NCBI GenBank assembly: GCA_964636235.1
Contig: CAZWQV010000003.1
Location: forward strand, 1 to 62,891
DNA from: an uncultured Thermoplasmatales archaeon
GTDB taxonomy: Archaea; Thermoplasmatota; E2; DHVEG-1
Length of the DNA: 62,891 bases
Direction of reading: 5' to 3'
A program made the translations under genes and the position numbers. The notes beneath the pieces are model-generated. The model saw only the letters and a list, made by a program, of their open reading frames with translations. It had not been told where the DNA came from and did no database searches. Below are positions 1-9,842 of this stretch, piece by piece (within the stretch, counting starts at the first letter, position 1; each line of letters opens with the position of its first letter).

Positions 1-658
1 GTTCATCCTGAAATAAATCAATGGTAAAATTTCTATGATTTTGATAATACATCCACAATTGTGATCCAAATGCTCCATCTGTTATTCCTGGAACATAGAT
101 CGGTATCTTATGTTTCCATGCCCAATATAAAATAGATTCTTCTTTTTGTGGCTCATCCTTTAACCTTTTGCCGAATTCCCATATGATATCCTTGGTGGAC
201 CATTTTTCTTTCTCTTTACAGATATCCTGAAGAATCGGCTGCATTTTTTGCTCTAGGATGCTTCCATAGCATTCATTGGGAATAAAAATATTACCAAGTC
301 GGTTGATTCCTTTTTGATGAAGCACAGCGTCATCAGCGGTGAAACTACCATGATAATATGCAGCCCATAGACGGGCCAGGTCATGATCAAGTGTTCCGGT
401 TGTGGTGATCACCACATCAAATAATTTTTCTTTTAAAAGTGCAGCGATGATGCCGCGGGTTCCGGTGGAGCAAATACAGGCCGGAAACGATAAAAACCGT
501 TTACACTTTTTATCCGAAATCATATTCTCAAGGATTGTAACTCCATCAGCAACTTTTTTTGCAGTAAAGCCTCCTCCAGAATAGAATGATTGAACCAGCT
601 CATTTACGGTCATCGATTGTATTGGATCAATGTCTTTGACCGGTATTGCATCTTTCAT
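1..658 (-). CDS. dys: Deoxyhypusine synthase (runs off window start; not in ORF track)
   Basis: Manual translation from ATG 658: MKDAIPVKDID...GGGFTAKK...FLSFPACICSTGTRG...DVVITTTGTLDHDLAR...GINRLGNIFIPNECY, typical DHS motifs. Confidence 0.92.
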   Translation of the reverse strand, partial: MKDAIPVKDIDPIQSMTVNELVQSFYSGGGFTAKKVADGVTILENMISDKKCKRFLSFPACICSTGTRGIIAALLKEKLFDVVITTTGTLDHDLARLWAAYYHGSFTADDAVLHQKGINRLGNIFIPNECYGSILEQKMQPILQDICKEKEKWSTKDIIWEFGKRLKDEPQKEESILYWAWKHKIPIYVPGITDGAFGSQLWMYYQNHRNFTIDLFQDE

Positions 659-679
659 TTGAATCTAATCTCCTTTTGT

Positions 680-1564
680 TTAGTAAACAGCACATGATGC
701 ATAGCCCACACAAGCACTATTATCAGGATGCACGTCATAAGAAGTACTATATTTAAGTAATTCTACATGATTTGCACCTAATTTCTTGGTTGCTGTAAGC
801 ATTGCTGCAACAGGTCCAAACCCACACATGGTGATGTTATGACTATAAATAGTATCAATCAATTTTTTTGGTTGGAAATGTAAGATTTGATCCAATGCAA
901 GTCGGTCTTGTTGTTCAACAAATTCATGTACGTTTTCTAAAGGAGGTATTTTTCCATAAGCAATGCCTTCATGAGAAAAATCGCTGCTTGCAATGATTAT
1001 AATATTTCTTTTATCATTATTTATTGCTTCAAATAATTCGCATCCTACATCATATGCGGTATCATAATCCTGCATGGCCATAGCAATGGGGACAAGAGAG
1101 AATGAATGATCCTGAGAAATATATTGAAGAAATGGAAGTTGAACTTCAATGCTATTTTCTCGTGCGTTCATGGTTTGATCATCTGCATCAATGATCCCTC
1201 CTTTTAATGTATCAACTAACTCTTGGTCAATAGGTATATCTCCTAGTGGAGTTTGCCACATTCCCCCGGTAGGCATAGCAATACCTGATCCATAATGGTT
1301 ATGATTAGGTCCGAGAACAATATATACATCAGCAAGCCCATTTTTTCGAATTTCATTATAAGAAAACGCAGCAGTACCTCCAGAAAAAGAAAATCCTGCA
1401 TGAGGAACAATTACTCCTTTCAAATGATTCTTTTTTTCATTAACATCTGAGAGCTTTCCTGGTCCAAATTTTGATAAAAAACTGTCCTTCATCTCTTTTT
1501 CCAATGATTTTTTTTCATTTGTATAAAACATACCTGCCACGGTTGGTTTTCGAATATTGTTCAT
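680..1564 (-). CDS. MEMO1 family protein (AmmeMemoRadiSam protein B)
   Basis: RKPTVAGMFY, VPHAGFSFSG, GPNH, ENSIEVQLPFLQ, SSDFSH, TMCGFGP motifs. Confidence 0.93.
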   Translation of the reverse strand: MNNIRKPTVAGMFYTNEKKSLEKEMKDSFLSKFGPGKLSDVNEKKNHLKGVIVPHAGFSFSGGTAAFSYNEIRKNGLADVYIVLGPNHNHYGSGIAMPTGGMWQTPLGDIPIDQELVDTLKGGIIDADDQTMNARENSIEVQLPFLQYISQDHSFSLVPIAMAMQDYDTAYDVGCELFEAINNDKRNIIIIASSDFSHEGIAYGKIPPLENVHEFVEQQDRLALDQILHFQPKKLIDTIYSHNITMCGFGPVAAMLTATKKLGANHVELLKYSTSYDVHPDNSACVGYASCAVY

Positions 1565-1794
1565 ACTATTAACCTTCCAATAAAACCTCTAATGATTACT
1601 TAAATGATAACGTATGTATTAATCTTTCTTAAAAAACCATCCAATCGATTATTTTTCTAATTAATAATATGATAAATCTTATCGAAATATTGGAATAATG
1701 GATGAAATATAATAATAAAGTGACTGCGTTATAAAAAACCTTATAAATAGCTGAGGAATTCGCCATAAAAAAATGGTATTGGTCTGGGACTACA

Positions 1795-1953
1795 ATGGAA
1801 ACTGTTTGTCATATTGAAATAATAAAGGATGGACAAGATTTTGTTGCCCGCGTTCATCTAGCAAATGGATCAACAAAGGAATATCGTCATCAAATTTTTG
1901 AAGACGCACTAACTGAAATGGTTATTGATCTCCAGGAGGAACTCGCTGAGTAA
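1795..1953 (+). CDS. 52-aa conserved hypothetical micro-protein (paralog of 10777..11004)
   Basis: Manual translation METVCHIEIIKDGQDFVARVHLANGSTKEYRHQIFEDALTEMVIDLQEELAE; TATA-like TTATAAAT at ~1740; gapless similarity to the 10777 ORF. Confidence 0.8.
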   Translation: METVCHIEIIKDGQDFVARVHLANGSTKEYRHQIFEDALTEMVIDLQEELAE

Positions 1954-1984
1954 TAACCAGTATTATTTTTTTACCATACTTTTC

Positions 1985-2179
1985 TTAGATATTACTAAAA
2001 AGCAACATGACTATTAAAATAACACCAATTAACCCATACATTATATAAACCATTAACCTTCGTCTTTTGATCATAATTTGATATTTGTCTTTACATTCCT
2101 GTGAACATAAAGTCTCTGTCACAGGTATTGTTTTTCCACAGACCTGACAATGACTATGTTGCGGAACAATTTCACTCAT
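1985..2179 (-). CDS. DUF2116-like Zn-ribbon membrane protein
   Basis: HSHCQVCGKTIP...LCSQEC followed by a C-terminal TM helix. Confidence 0.85.
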   Translation of the reverse strand: MSEIVPQHSHCQVCGKTIPVTETLCSQECKDKYQIMIKRRRLMVYIMYGLIGVILIVMLLFSNI

Positions 2180-2231
2180 ACTAATTCTCCAATTTAATTC
2201 ACATCAATTGAACTTTGATATATTTTTCTTA

Positions 2232-2819
2232 TTATTCAACAATAGTAATCTTGTTATCAATGATTTTTATGGTTTCTAAAGCGCTGATTGGAATATTTGT
2301 TTCAGTTTGAATTCTTTTTAAATTATCACCTTTATCAACTAAAATAAATACTCCTTTTACAGTAATCTGCATTCTATCCAGCACATTTAAAACCGATTTA
2401 ATTGTTCCTCCTGTGCTTATCACATCATCAATGATAAGAACTGATTCACCTTTTTTTATTCCATTTATATATAGGGTATTTGTTGCATAACCAGTATGCT
2501 GGGTGACTTTTTGTTCATCTTCAAAACCATACGATCGCTTTCTTATAATGGTGCAAGGAATGTCCAATTCAGAGCAAAGAACCGATGCAATCGGGATGCC
2601 CATTGCTTCAATAGTAATGAGCTTATCAACGGGAAGAAAAGCATTAATCTGTTTTTTTAATAATTCTATAACCTCAGAAAGCAGTGACGGGTCTATTTGA
2701 GGGATGCCATCAAGTAAAGGATGAATAAGATACGAATATCCTTGTTTTTGAATAATAGAAGCATTTAAAAGAGATTTTCTAAAAAGATTAGAGTTCATAA
2801 TTCTCCTGCTTGCTGGCAT
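2232..2819 (-). CDS. hpt: Purine phosphoribosyltransferase (archaeal Hpt/Apt type)
   Basis: HPLLDGIP, IEAMGIP, PRPP-binding VLIIDDVISTGGT. Confidence 0.85.
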   Translation of the reverse strand: MPASRRIMNSNLFRKSLLNASIIQKQGYSYLIHPLLDGIPQIDPSLLSEVIELLKKQINAFLPVDKLITIEAMGIPIASVLCSELDIPCTIIRKRSYGFEDEQKVTQHTGYATNTLYINGIKKGESVLIIDDVISTGGTIKSVLNVLDRMQITVKGVFILVDKGDNLKRIQTETNIPISALETIKIIDNKITIVE

Positions 2820-3958
2820 GCTTGCTGTAATTTAACCATAAATTCATCAATTATCTCCTTTGTAATAGATGGCATACAGACAATGCGGATACTTGAAAGA
2901 TGATCAATTTTATTTACTTTCCATCCCTCTTTTTCTAAAATTGCTACCACTTTGCCGGGATTTTTTAATCTGACTGCAATCACATTTAATGGAGGATCCA
3001 TGACTAGTGATAAACCTAGTTCTTTAATTTTTGATACAGTATATTTAGTGGTCTTCAAGCAATGCTTCACAATATCAGCATATCCTTCCATACCAAGATA
3101 CCTTGTTACCGCATAACCTGCTGCAACAGGTCCTCCAGAACGAGTACCAAGAATGCCAGCTTGCGTATCACTATTAATACAAGGAGATCGAACACTGATT
3201 TCATCGATCCATTCTTTTTCCCGTAAGATAATAGTTCCCAATGGGATTGCAGAATAACCCATTTTATGAGCATCAATTGACACAGAACTAACTCCTTCTA
3301 ATGAAAAATCAAATGGATACGAGGGATGTTTTGCATCTTTTAAAAATGGGATGATAAATCCACCAAATGCTGCATCAATATGAAGGAATATATGTTCATC
3401 TTTACAAATGTCACTTAATTCTTCAATTTGATCGATGGTTCCAAGGTCAGTTGAACCAGCGATACCAACAATGGCAGCAGTTCCTGCGGAAATTTTCTTT
3501 TTCACCTGAGATGCATCCATATGAAATTCTTTTGTGAGTGGAATCAGCTTTAATTTCATATCCATAAGAGTTGCGATTTTCTGAAATGAAAAATGAGCAG
3601 ATGCAGGAATAATGATCTCCTGATTATGAGATAACTGCTTGGCAACCCACATCGCAGTAATATTTCCCTCTGTTCCACCACTAACAATCAATCCACCTGC
3701 TGAAGGTGGTGCATTGAGTAAATTTTGAATGAAAAAGATGAATCGCTTTTCAATCTCACGCGTTCCTTTAAAAATATTTGGATCACCAAGATTCGTTGCT
3801 AAAAATAACTGATAAGCCTTTTGAGCAATTGGATGTGGTAAGCCGCACATAGATCCAATGATATGGCCGGATTTAAAACTTAAATCCTTTTTCTGAAAAT
3901 CCAGTAATTCATCTAGAATCTCTTTTTCCTTTTGCATATCTAATTGATGAATTGTCAT
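2795..3958 (-). CDS. mfnA: PLP-dependent tyrosine/aspartate decarboxylase MfnA
   Basis: GHIIGSMC, NLGDP, SGGTEGN, HIDAAFGG, SIDAHKMG (PLP lysine), GTRSG. Confidence 0.9.
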   Translation of the reverse strand: MTIHQLDMQKEKEILDELLDFQKKDLSFKSGHIIGSMCGLPHPIAQKAYQLFLATNLGDPNIFKGTREIEKRFIFFIQNLLNAPPSAGGLIVSGGTEGNITAMWVAKQLSHNQEIIIPASAHFSFQKIATLMDMKLKLIPLTKEFHMDASQVKKKISAGTAAIVGIAGSTDLGTIDQIEELSDICKDEHIFLHIDAAFGGFIIPFLKDAKHPSYPFDFSLEGVSSVSIDAHKMGYSAIPLGTIILREKEWIDEISVRSPCINSDTQAGILGTRSGGPVAAGYAVTRYLGMEGYADIVKHCLKTTKYTVSKIKELGLSLVMDPPLNVIAVRLKNPGKVVAILEKEGWKVNKIDHLSSIRIVCMPSITKEIIDEFMVKLQQACQQAGEL

Positions 3959-4034
3959 AATATATAGGACATTGTTTCCCTCTATAAAAGATTTCGATTG
4001 AAACTAATTAATTTTTACCATCACATTTTAATAT

Positions 4035-4373
4035 ATGAAAACCTATTTTGGATATATGATGGAAAAAAAGGTTGAGGCTGAGGAGGTTACTTCATTTTTA
4101 AAACTTCCAGTATATACTCGCGAGGGTCGATTTATTGGGCATGTTCAAAATGTATTCATTGATATGGATGAAAAAAGAGTAAGTAGCTTACTTGTAACAA
4201 ATACCAATCCAAACATTGTTGAAGGAACAGTTGATGTTGCAGTACCATATCGATGGGTTAATGCTGTTGGTGATATCATTTTATTATCCTATTTTCCAGA
4301 TAGAGTAACAACAACTAAAAAAAAGGATGAACCAACAGAAGAAACAGAATCTGATATTGACGTTATAGAATAA
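4035..4373 (+). CDS. PRC-barrel domain protein
   Basis: LPVYTREGRFIGHVQNVFID...VPYRWVNAVGDIILL. Confidence 0.88.
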   Translation: MKTYFGYMMEKKVEAEEVTSFLKLPVYTREGRFIGHVQNVFIDMDEKRVSSLLVTNTNPNIVEGTVDVAVPYRWVNAVGDIILLSYFPDRVTTTKKKDEPTEETESDIDVIE

Positions 4374-4613
4374 GTATATCATCCTTCATTTTACTTATTT
4401 GCATTGGCATTTACATAGGTTAATTTTATTTAGTCAATAATAGATTTTAATATAAATATAATAAAAAGCAAATCCTTTTATATAATGAAAGTTATATAAA
4501 TTTATATGAGATTATATATCGAAAAATGGGGTATATTTTCTCTAAGAAATGTACAACAATATTTAAATATTAGGTTAACAACAATAATAAATGAATAATT
4601 AGGTGAGTAAAAA

Positions 4614-5642
4614 ATGAAAATGAAATTCCGAACAGTAAAAACAGTAATGATACTAGGTTTTTTATTATTAATTTTATTTACTGCGTTTAATTTGTTACAT
4701 CAACAATCAAGTACTGCATCTGCAGCCCTTATTGAATATGATTCAATTGTTGAATTAACATATGCAAATTCTAGTGCATTAAATACTCCAATCCATCCAC
4801 TTGGTGGAATAAGAAATATAGATATTAAGGTTAGATACTATAATACTGTTCCGGATTTTTTTAAAAGTTCTATAGGAAAAATATTATTATTTGGCCCATT
4901 TAAATTTGTTTTCTTAGCTCCTGTACACCTAACAGTTGAAAATGTACCTGACTGGTGTACAGCGACGATTGCCCCACAAGATATTATTTTTGATGCTTTT
5001 GGTGAAGGCGGTGCTTTAGAGCGTACTGTAACTATGCAGGTAGCTGTGAATAAACAATCAACAGCTTTGTTTCCAAATACGTTAAAAGTTGTAGCGACTG
5101 GGGACAGTCCCGATAGACATATTAAAGCGCCACCTAGTGTTTCTCTTAGTGTCTCAATAGTTCCTGGATATGTACCTTTAATTTCTCCAAACCCTGGACA
5201 AACTATTAAAAAAACGGGTCCCGGTCAAACGGTTTCATGGAATATTAAAATAGCAAATAATGGAAATGGAGAAGCTCTTGTGAGAGCGCGCGTAATTGAT
5301 CCACCAGACGGGTATATTATATCTGTTAATCCACAGACAATTATTCCATCTCTGGCTGATGGCGATGTAAATGAAAAAGATTTACCCTTAACTGTTTTAC
5401 CACCTTTTAATTTTGGATATTATAATGAAAATGTACAAATTGAACTGGAACTAATACCAGAATTCTCATCACCTGGGACAGGAGCATCAGCTAATATGAC
5501 GCAGGGTCAACCATTATATCTAACATTAGCAATTCAAAATAGGGGATTTTCAACACCAGGTTTTGAAATCGTTCTATTTATGATTGCGATTCTTTCGATG
5601 GTAATAATTATAAATCACAAGAAGAGAAGTTTCGATAAATAA
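4614..5642 (+). CDS. Secreted Ig-like surface protein with PGF-CTERM sorting signal
   Basis: N-terminal signal peptide; beta-rich repeats; C-terminus TPGFE + hydrophobic helix + HKKR. Confidence 0.8.
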   Translation: MKMKFRTVKTVMILGFLLLILFTAFNLLHQQSSTASAALIEYDSIVELTYANSSALNTPIHPLGGIRNIDIKVRYYNTVPDFFKSSIGKILLFGPFKFVFLAPVHLTVENVPDWCTATIAPQDIIFDAFGEGGALERTVTMQVAVNKQSTALFPNTLKVVATGDSPDRHIKAPPSVSLSVSIVPGYVPLISPNPGQTIKKTGPGQTVSWNIKIANNGNGEALVRARVIDPPDGYIISVNPQTIIPSLADGDVNEKDLPLTVLPPFNFGYYNENVQIELELIPEFSSPGTGASANMTQGQPLYLTLAIQNRGFSTPGFEIVLFMIAILSMVIIINHKKRSFDK

Positions 5643-5671
5643 CTGATATAACTAACTTTAATTAAAAAGCT

Positions 5672-7243
5672 ATGGATGGAAAATTAATGAAATATATATC
5701 TGGTATGTTTTTGATCATCCTGCTTCTAACACCAACATTGATTAACGTGAATACTGTTTCAGCAGCTGCAGAACCAACCCTTGAAGCTGAGTTGGCTATT
5801 ACAGATAATAGAGAAAATATTCTTGTTGATTTTGGAAAAGAAGAAACGGTATCTTTAAGATTTGTACAAAATGGTTTTAATTGGACTAAATTAAGTGAAA
5901 GAGGTTTTTTCTTCTCAAAAATCTATTTACCGATTATGTTTTATTCACTTAGATACCTATTAGGTTATAATAGTGTAGTATTTAACGCAACAGTTTTAGG
6001 AAACCCAAAAGGATGGCAAGCCTGGATATCTCCAAATTCTGTAACCTACTTTACTGGTGAATCAAGCGCGGATCTTAAACTTTACGTGGAAGTCAATAGG
6101 CCTACTACTATCAAAACTGCAACGATTAGAATTAGTTATCAAGCATATTCTGGAAATAATGTTCCAATAGGTAAAGCATCAAATGATATTCAAGTATCTG
6201 TTAGACAATATCATATTGCACAGATTTCAGCATTGGAACAAGCAAAGGAAGTTCAACCAGATAATATAGTTTCCTTTCCGATACAAGTAACAAATCTTGG
6301 AAATTATCAAGATACCTATGGGTTTACAATAACTAATGAAACAAATGGTTTTTTAGGAGTCATTTCAGACTTTATTACGTTACAACCTGGAGAAACAGGT
6401 ACGGTGAATGCAATTGTTTCTAGCCCCTATGCTTTTTTTTATGATTTTGGTTCAAAAACATCTTTAAATATTAGTGCATATTCAATTTATGAACCAACAA
6501 AGAAATTTACAACTATGATTCAAATTACATCAAGAGGATTTGAATTATCTCAACCATTTATTTTTACTCTATCAATAATAATCTTTTTAATATTATTATC
6601 ATATTTCTTATATTATTATTTCATTAATAAAAAAGATATTGAAATTTATGGTAAGCCAATAAAACCATGGAAAATTCCTTCCGAAAGGCAACATTTAAAT
6701 AAACTTAAAGAGGAAGATGGAGAACAATATGATAAAACATTGAAATTAATGAAAGATGAGTATCAATCAGCTATTCTTTGGTTTAAAGATTATAAAAATA
6801 ATATAAAATCGAACAAAGGAGAAGGTTCATTTATAAAAAATATTAAGATTAAGTTACTAGATATATTTAGCAAAGGAAATGATAAAGAAGAAGCTAAATT
6901 AGATACTGTAAAAAATGAAAAAGTCAAAGCTAAAGATAAAAAACCATTGAAGATGAATGAAAAATCCAGTGGGAGTACAATTTCCAAAAATTTATCTATT
7001 AACAAGATGGGGAAGCAATTTAAATCCCTATTTATTAAGGAGGATATTGTAGGAGAAAAAGAGGTAACTGATAAAAATCATAAAAAAGTAAAATTTGAAG
7101 AATTTGTTGAAGATGAGCCAATTCAGAAAAATTATTCAAATATTAAGTTAGAGGTTGAAAAAGAATCGCAAGCAAGGAATCGAGAGTTAGAAAAGATTAA
7201 AAGGAAGCAAAATAAACAAAGAAAAAAATTAAAAATTAATTAA
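5672..7243 (+). CDS. Membrane-anchored Ig-like surface protein with Lys-rich cytoplasmic tail
   Basis: Signal peptide; FPIQVTNLGNYQDTY...LQPGE (CARDB/NEW3-like); TM helix near aa 297-317; long basic tail. Confidence 0.75.
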   Translation: MDGKLMKYISGMFLIILLLTPTLINVNTVSAAAEPTLEAELAITDNRENILVDFGKEETVSLRFVQNGFNWTKLSERGFFFSKIYLPIMFYSLRYLLGYNSVVFNATVLGNPKGWQAWISPNSVTYFTGESSADLKLYVEVNRPTTIKTATIRISYQAYSGNNVPIGKASNDIQVSVRQYHIAQISALEQAKEVQPDNIVSFPIQVTNLGNYQDTYGFTITNETNGFLGVISDFITLQPGETGTVNAIVSSPYAFFYDFGSKTSLNISAYSIYEPTKKFTTMIQITSRGFELSQPFIFTLSIIIFLILLSYFLYYYFINKKDIEIYGKPIKPWKIPSERQHLNKLKEEDGEQYDKTLKLMKDEYQSAILWFKDYKNNIKSNKGEGSFIKNIKIKLLDIFSKGNDKEEAKLDTVKNEKVKAKDKKPLKMNEKSSGSTISKNLSINKMGKQFKSLFIKEDIVGEKEVTDKNHKKVKFEEFVEDEPIQKNYSNIKLEVEKESQARNRELEKIKRKQNKQRKKLKIN

Positions 7244-7317
7244 AGCAAAATATATTTGAAAATTCGAATTCTTTTTAAAATGAAATATGATTGTGATTAA
7301 ATAACTTTAGTGATAAG

Positions 7318-7761
7318 ATGAATAAGAAAATATTAATTATTATTTCCATAATTATAATGATTTGTATAGCGATAGTTATATTCATAAATCTTTCAAACAA
7401 TGATTCAACAGAAGAAAATGATGAACCAGTTGAATTTGACTTATCAAACAATACTGATTTATTGCTGGGAACTTGGGATGATACATTTTATTCATTGGAT
7501 GAAGATACCTCCGGCCATTGGACATTTTATTCTAATGGTTCAATTAAGTTAGAAATATCAGGTTATACTTATAATGATGAATTTAAAACTGAATATGAAT
7601 GGTATAAATATAAGATAGAAAATAATCAGATTTGTATTAAATATGAATCACAGAGTAATTATATCTGTTATGATTATTATTTTGGTAAGTCATATGATCA
7701 AATTTCCTTGACTAATGGAGGTTCAACGGATAGATCTATTATTAATTTAAATAAAATTTAA
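7318..7761 (+). CDS. Hypothetical membrane-anchored exported protein (lipocalin-like GxW motif)
   Basis: N-terminal TM helix, acidic linker, LLGTW motif, beta-rich body. Confidence 0.6.
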   Translation: MNKKILIIISIIIMICIAIVIFINLSNNDSTEENDEPVEFDLSNNTDLLLGTWDDTFYSLDEDTSGHWTFYSNGSIKLEISGYTYNDEFKTEYEWYKYKIENNQICIKYESQSNYICYDYYFGKSYDQISLTNGGSTDRSIINLNKI

Positions 7762-7803
7762 GATAATTTTTAATTTAAAATTATTAATAGAATCTATCGT
7801 TTT

Positions 7804-8541
7804 TTATTTATAAATGATTTCTGGGATGAATTGTATTAGAATTAAGAATAAACAACTCGATAAAACTAATAAACAAGCCCATACAAATTTACTCCATTTT
7901 AAAATATTAACTCCATCTAGTGGGCCAAAAGGTAGTACATTAAATACGGCAAAGATGGTATTTATTAAACAAATAAAGCCTAACCCTTGAGCTATAGGAT
8001 TGATTCCTTGAAAATAGGTATATAAGAACACAGGAAGGAATACACCTGCTAAAAATATATTTGCTAAAGGGCCTGCCATGGCGATTTTTCCTTCTTCAAA
8101 AACTCTTGGTTCACCACGAAACATTACAGCTCCTGGTGCAGCAAATGCAAATCCTGTTGTTATTGATAGGATTAATGATATTAGCAAAGCTTTCGGATAC
8201 ATTCGAAATTCAGACCAAAGTCCATAATACTGAGCCATTAATTTATGACTTAACTCATGGAAAAAAAATGCTGAAAAAATACCAAGAAGTGAGAATATGA
8301 AACCAGATAGAAATCGTTCATAGCTTATACCTCCTTTTAAAATAGACCACAGAAGACTATTCTGGCTTAAAACAAACATAAATGAAATCACTAATACAAT
8401 CATTGATATGCTGATGTGAACTAACTCAATTTTACTTATTTGCCCAGGTCTTCCAAGTTCAATAATGCCTTTAGGAAAATACATATATTCTCTTGGTGAA
8501 ATATCTCGAAATGACTGTTTATTTTTAAAAGTAATTTCCAT
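7804..8541 (-). CDS. Site-2 protease family (M50) intramembrane metalloprotease
   Basis: HELSH (HExxH), AGPLAN, FNVLPFGPLDG. Confidence 0.92.
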   Translation of the reverse strand: MEITFKNKQSFRDISPREYMYFPKGIIELGRPGQISKIELVHISISMIVLVISFMFVLSQNSLLWSILKGGISYERFLSGFIFSLLGIFSAFFFHELSHKLMAQYYGLWSEFRMYPKALLISLILSITTGFAFAAPGAVMFRGEPRVFEEGKIAMAGPLANIFLAGVFLPVFLYTYFQGINPIAQGLGFICLINTIFAVFNVLPFGPLDGVNILKWSKFVWACLLVLSSCLFLILIQFIPEIIYK

Positions 8542-8618
8542 AATCCTCTATTATATGTATTTCACAAGTTTTCATATTTGAATGTTATGTAGAAAAATAA
8601 CATTTAAATTGAACAAAT

Positions 8619-9782
8619 TTATGTTAAAAAACTAGCAATATATGGAAATGCTATCACTGTTCCGATCATGCTTCCAAGATTAGCAAAGGCAACTACCATA
8701 AGCAGGCGGATCACCCGATTATTCCAAAATTCTTTCAAATTTTCAATATTGCTTAACTGTTTAAAATCTTTAATGAGCGGTGTGCGCAATTTTGCTTCCA
8801 CGTATCCAGCGACCCATCCTGCGGCAACTGCTGGGCTAAGTGAAGTGATTGGGGCAGCAACAAAAGCAGTAAGAATTGAAAAAATATGTCCTCGGGCAAG
8901 AAGTGTTCCTATCGCCGAACAGATTCCATTGATTAAAAACCAATACACAAATAGGTTAATAGCAAGTTCCGAACCCTTTGTCATAAATGCATACACGATA
9001 AGAGCAGCGAATAGAACTGGGATGAGATAGCCGATGGTTTTAAGGATGCTGAATCGCTTAGTTGGTACTTGTTCGATTTCTTTCAGATCAACATGAAATG
9101 ATTTATCTTCTAAATGTTTTTTAATACCTTTCAAATGACCGGCACCAACGACCGCAACCACCGTTTTTTCCCCATTTTGATTAACATCTTTAATTTTTTG
9201 GGCAATGTAACTGTCTCGTTCTGTGATAAGGACGTTTTTAACCGTAGGTGCGATATCGCCGAATTCTTCCATCATGGTGGAAATGATATCTTGATCCATC
9301 AGTTCTTCAAGATCCAGTTCCTCCATTTCCTCATCATCAAAACCGATAATTGCTTTTAGAAACTCCCAGAAAATCCGAAATTTTTCTCGAAAACCCATTT
9401 TTTTCCAAGCCCGCTTCAACGTAACAGAAATATCACGGTCCACCAGCTCAATGGGGGTATTATGTTCTTTTGCCTGATCGATAGCTGCGATCATCTCTGA
9501 GCCAGGCTCTACACCATGTTCCTTTCCAAGCCTGCGTTGGATGGATGATAAAAACGTTTGAGCAAGTAAAAAATATGCATTATTTGATTTCAATAATGAA
9601 GTGATGGGCGTATTTTCCCATTGGTCCTTTTGGGTAATTCCCTTATACCGTCGTTCACAGAGCTCAACAGCCACCACATCAGGATGATAGGTTTCGATGG
9701 TCTGCTTTACCTCTTCAACACTTTTCTGAGAAATATGAGCGGTTCCAACAAGAATAATGGTATCATTAATTTTTTCTTGCAC
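8619..9782 (-). CDS. TraB/PrgY family protein with C-terminal membrane domain
   Basis: LVGTAHIS, VAVELCERR, GSEM, LVDRDI, ERD, VVGAGH. Confidence 0.92.
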   Translation of the reverse strand: MQEKINDTIILVGTAHISQKSVEEVKQTIETYHPDVVAVELCERRYKGITQKDQWENTPITSLLKSNNAYFLLAQTFLSSIQRRLGKEHGVEPGSEMIAAIDQAKEHNTPIELVDRDISVTLKRAWKKMGFREKFRIFWEFLKAIIGFDDEEMEELDLEELMDQDIISTMMEEFGDIAPTVKNVLITERDSYIAQKIKDVNQNGEKTVVAVVGAGHLKGIKKHLEDKSFHVDLKEIEQVPTKRFSILKTIGYLIPVLFAALIVYAFMTKGSELAINLFVYWFLINGICSAIGTLLARGHIFSILTAFVAAPITSLSPAVAAGWVAGYVEAKLRTPLIKDFKQLSNIENLKEFWNNRVIRLLMVVAFANLGSMIGTVIAFPYIASFLT

Positions 9783-9842
9783 CTTTTTTGCACCTTACAA
9801 TACGCTTTTCTATGTACGTTGAAAAGGAAAAAGAAACTTGGT

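Noticed and set aside
402-584. 60-aa plus-strand ORF
   Set aside because: Antisense shadow of deoxyhypusine synthase
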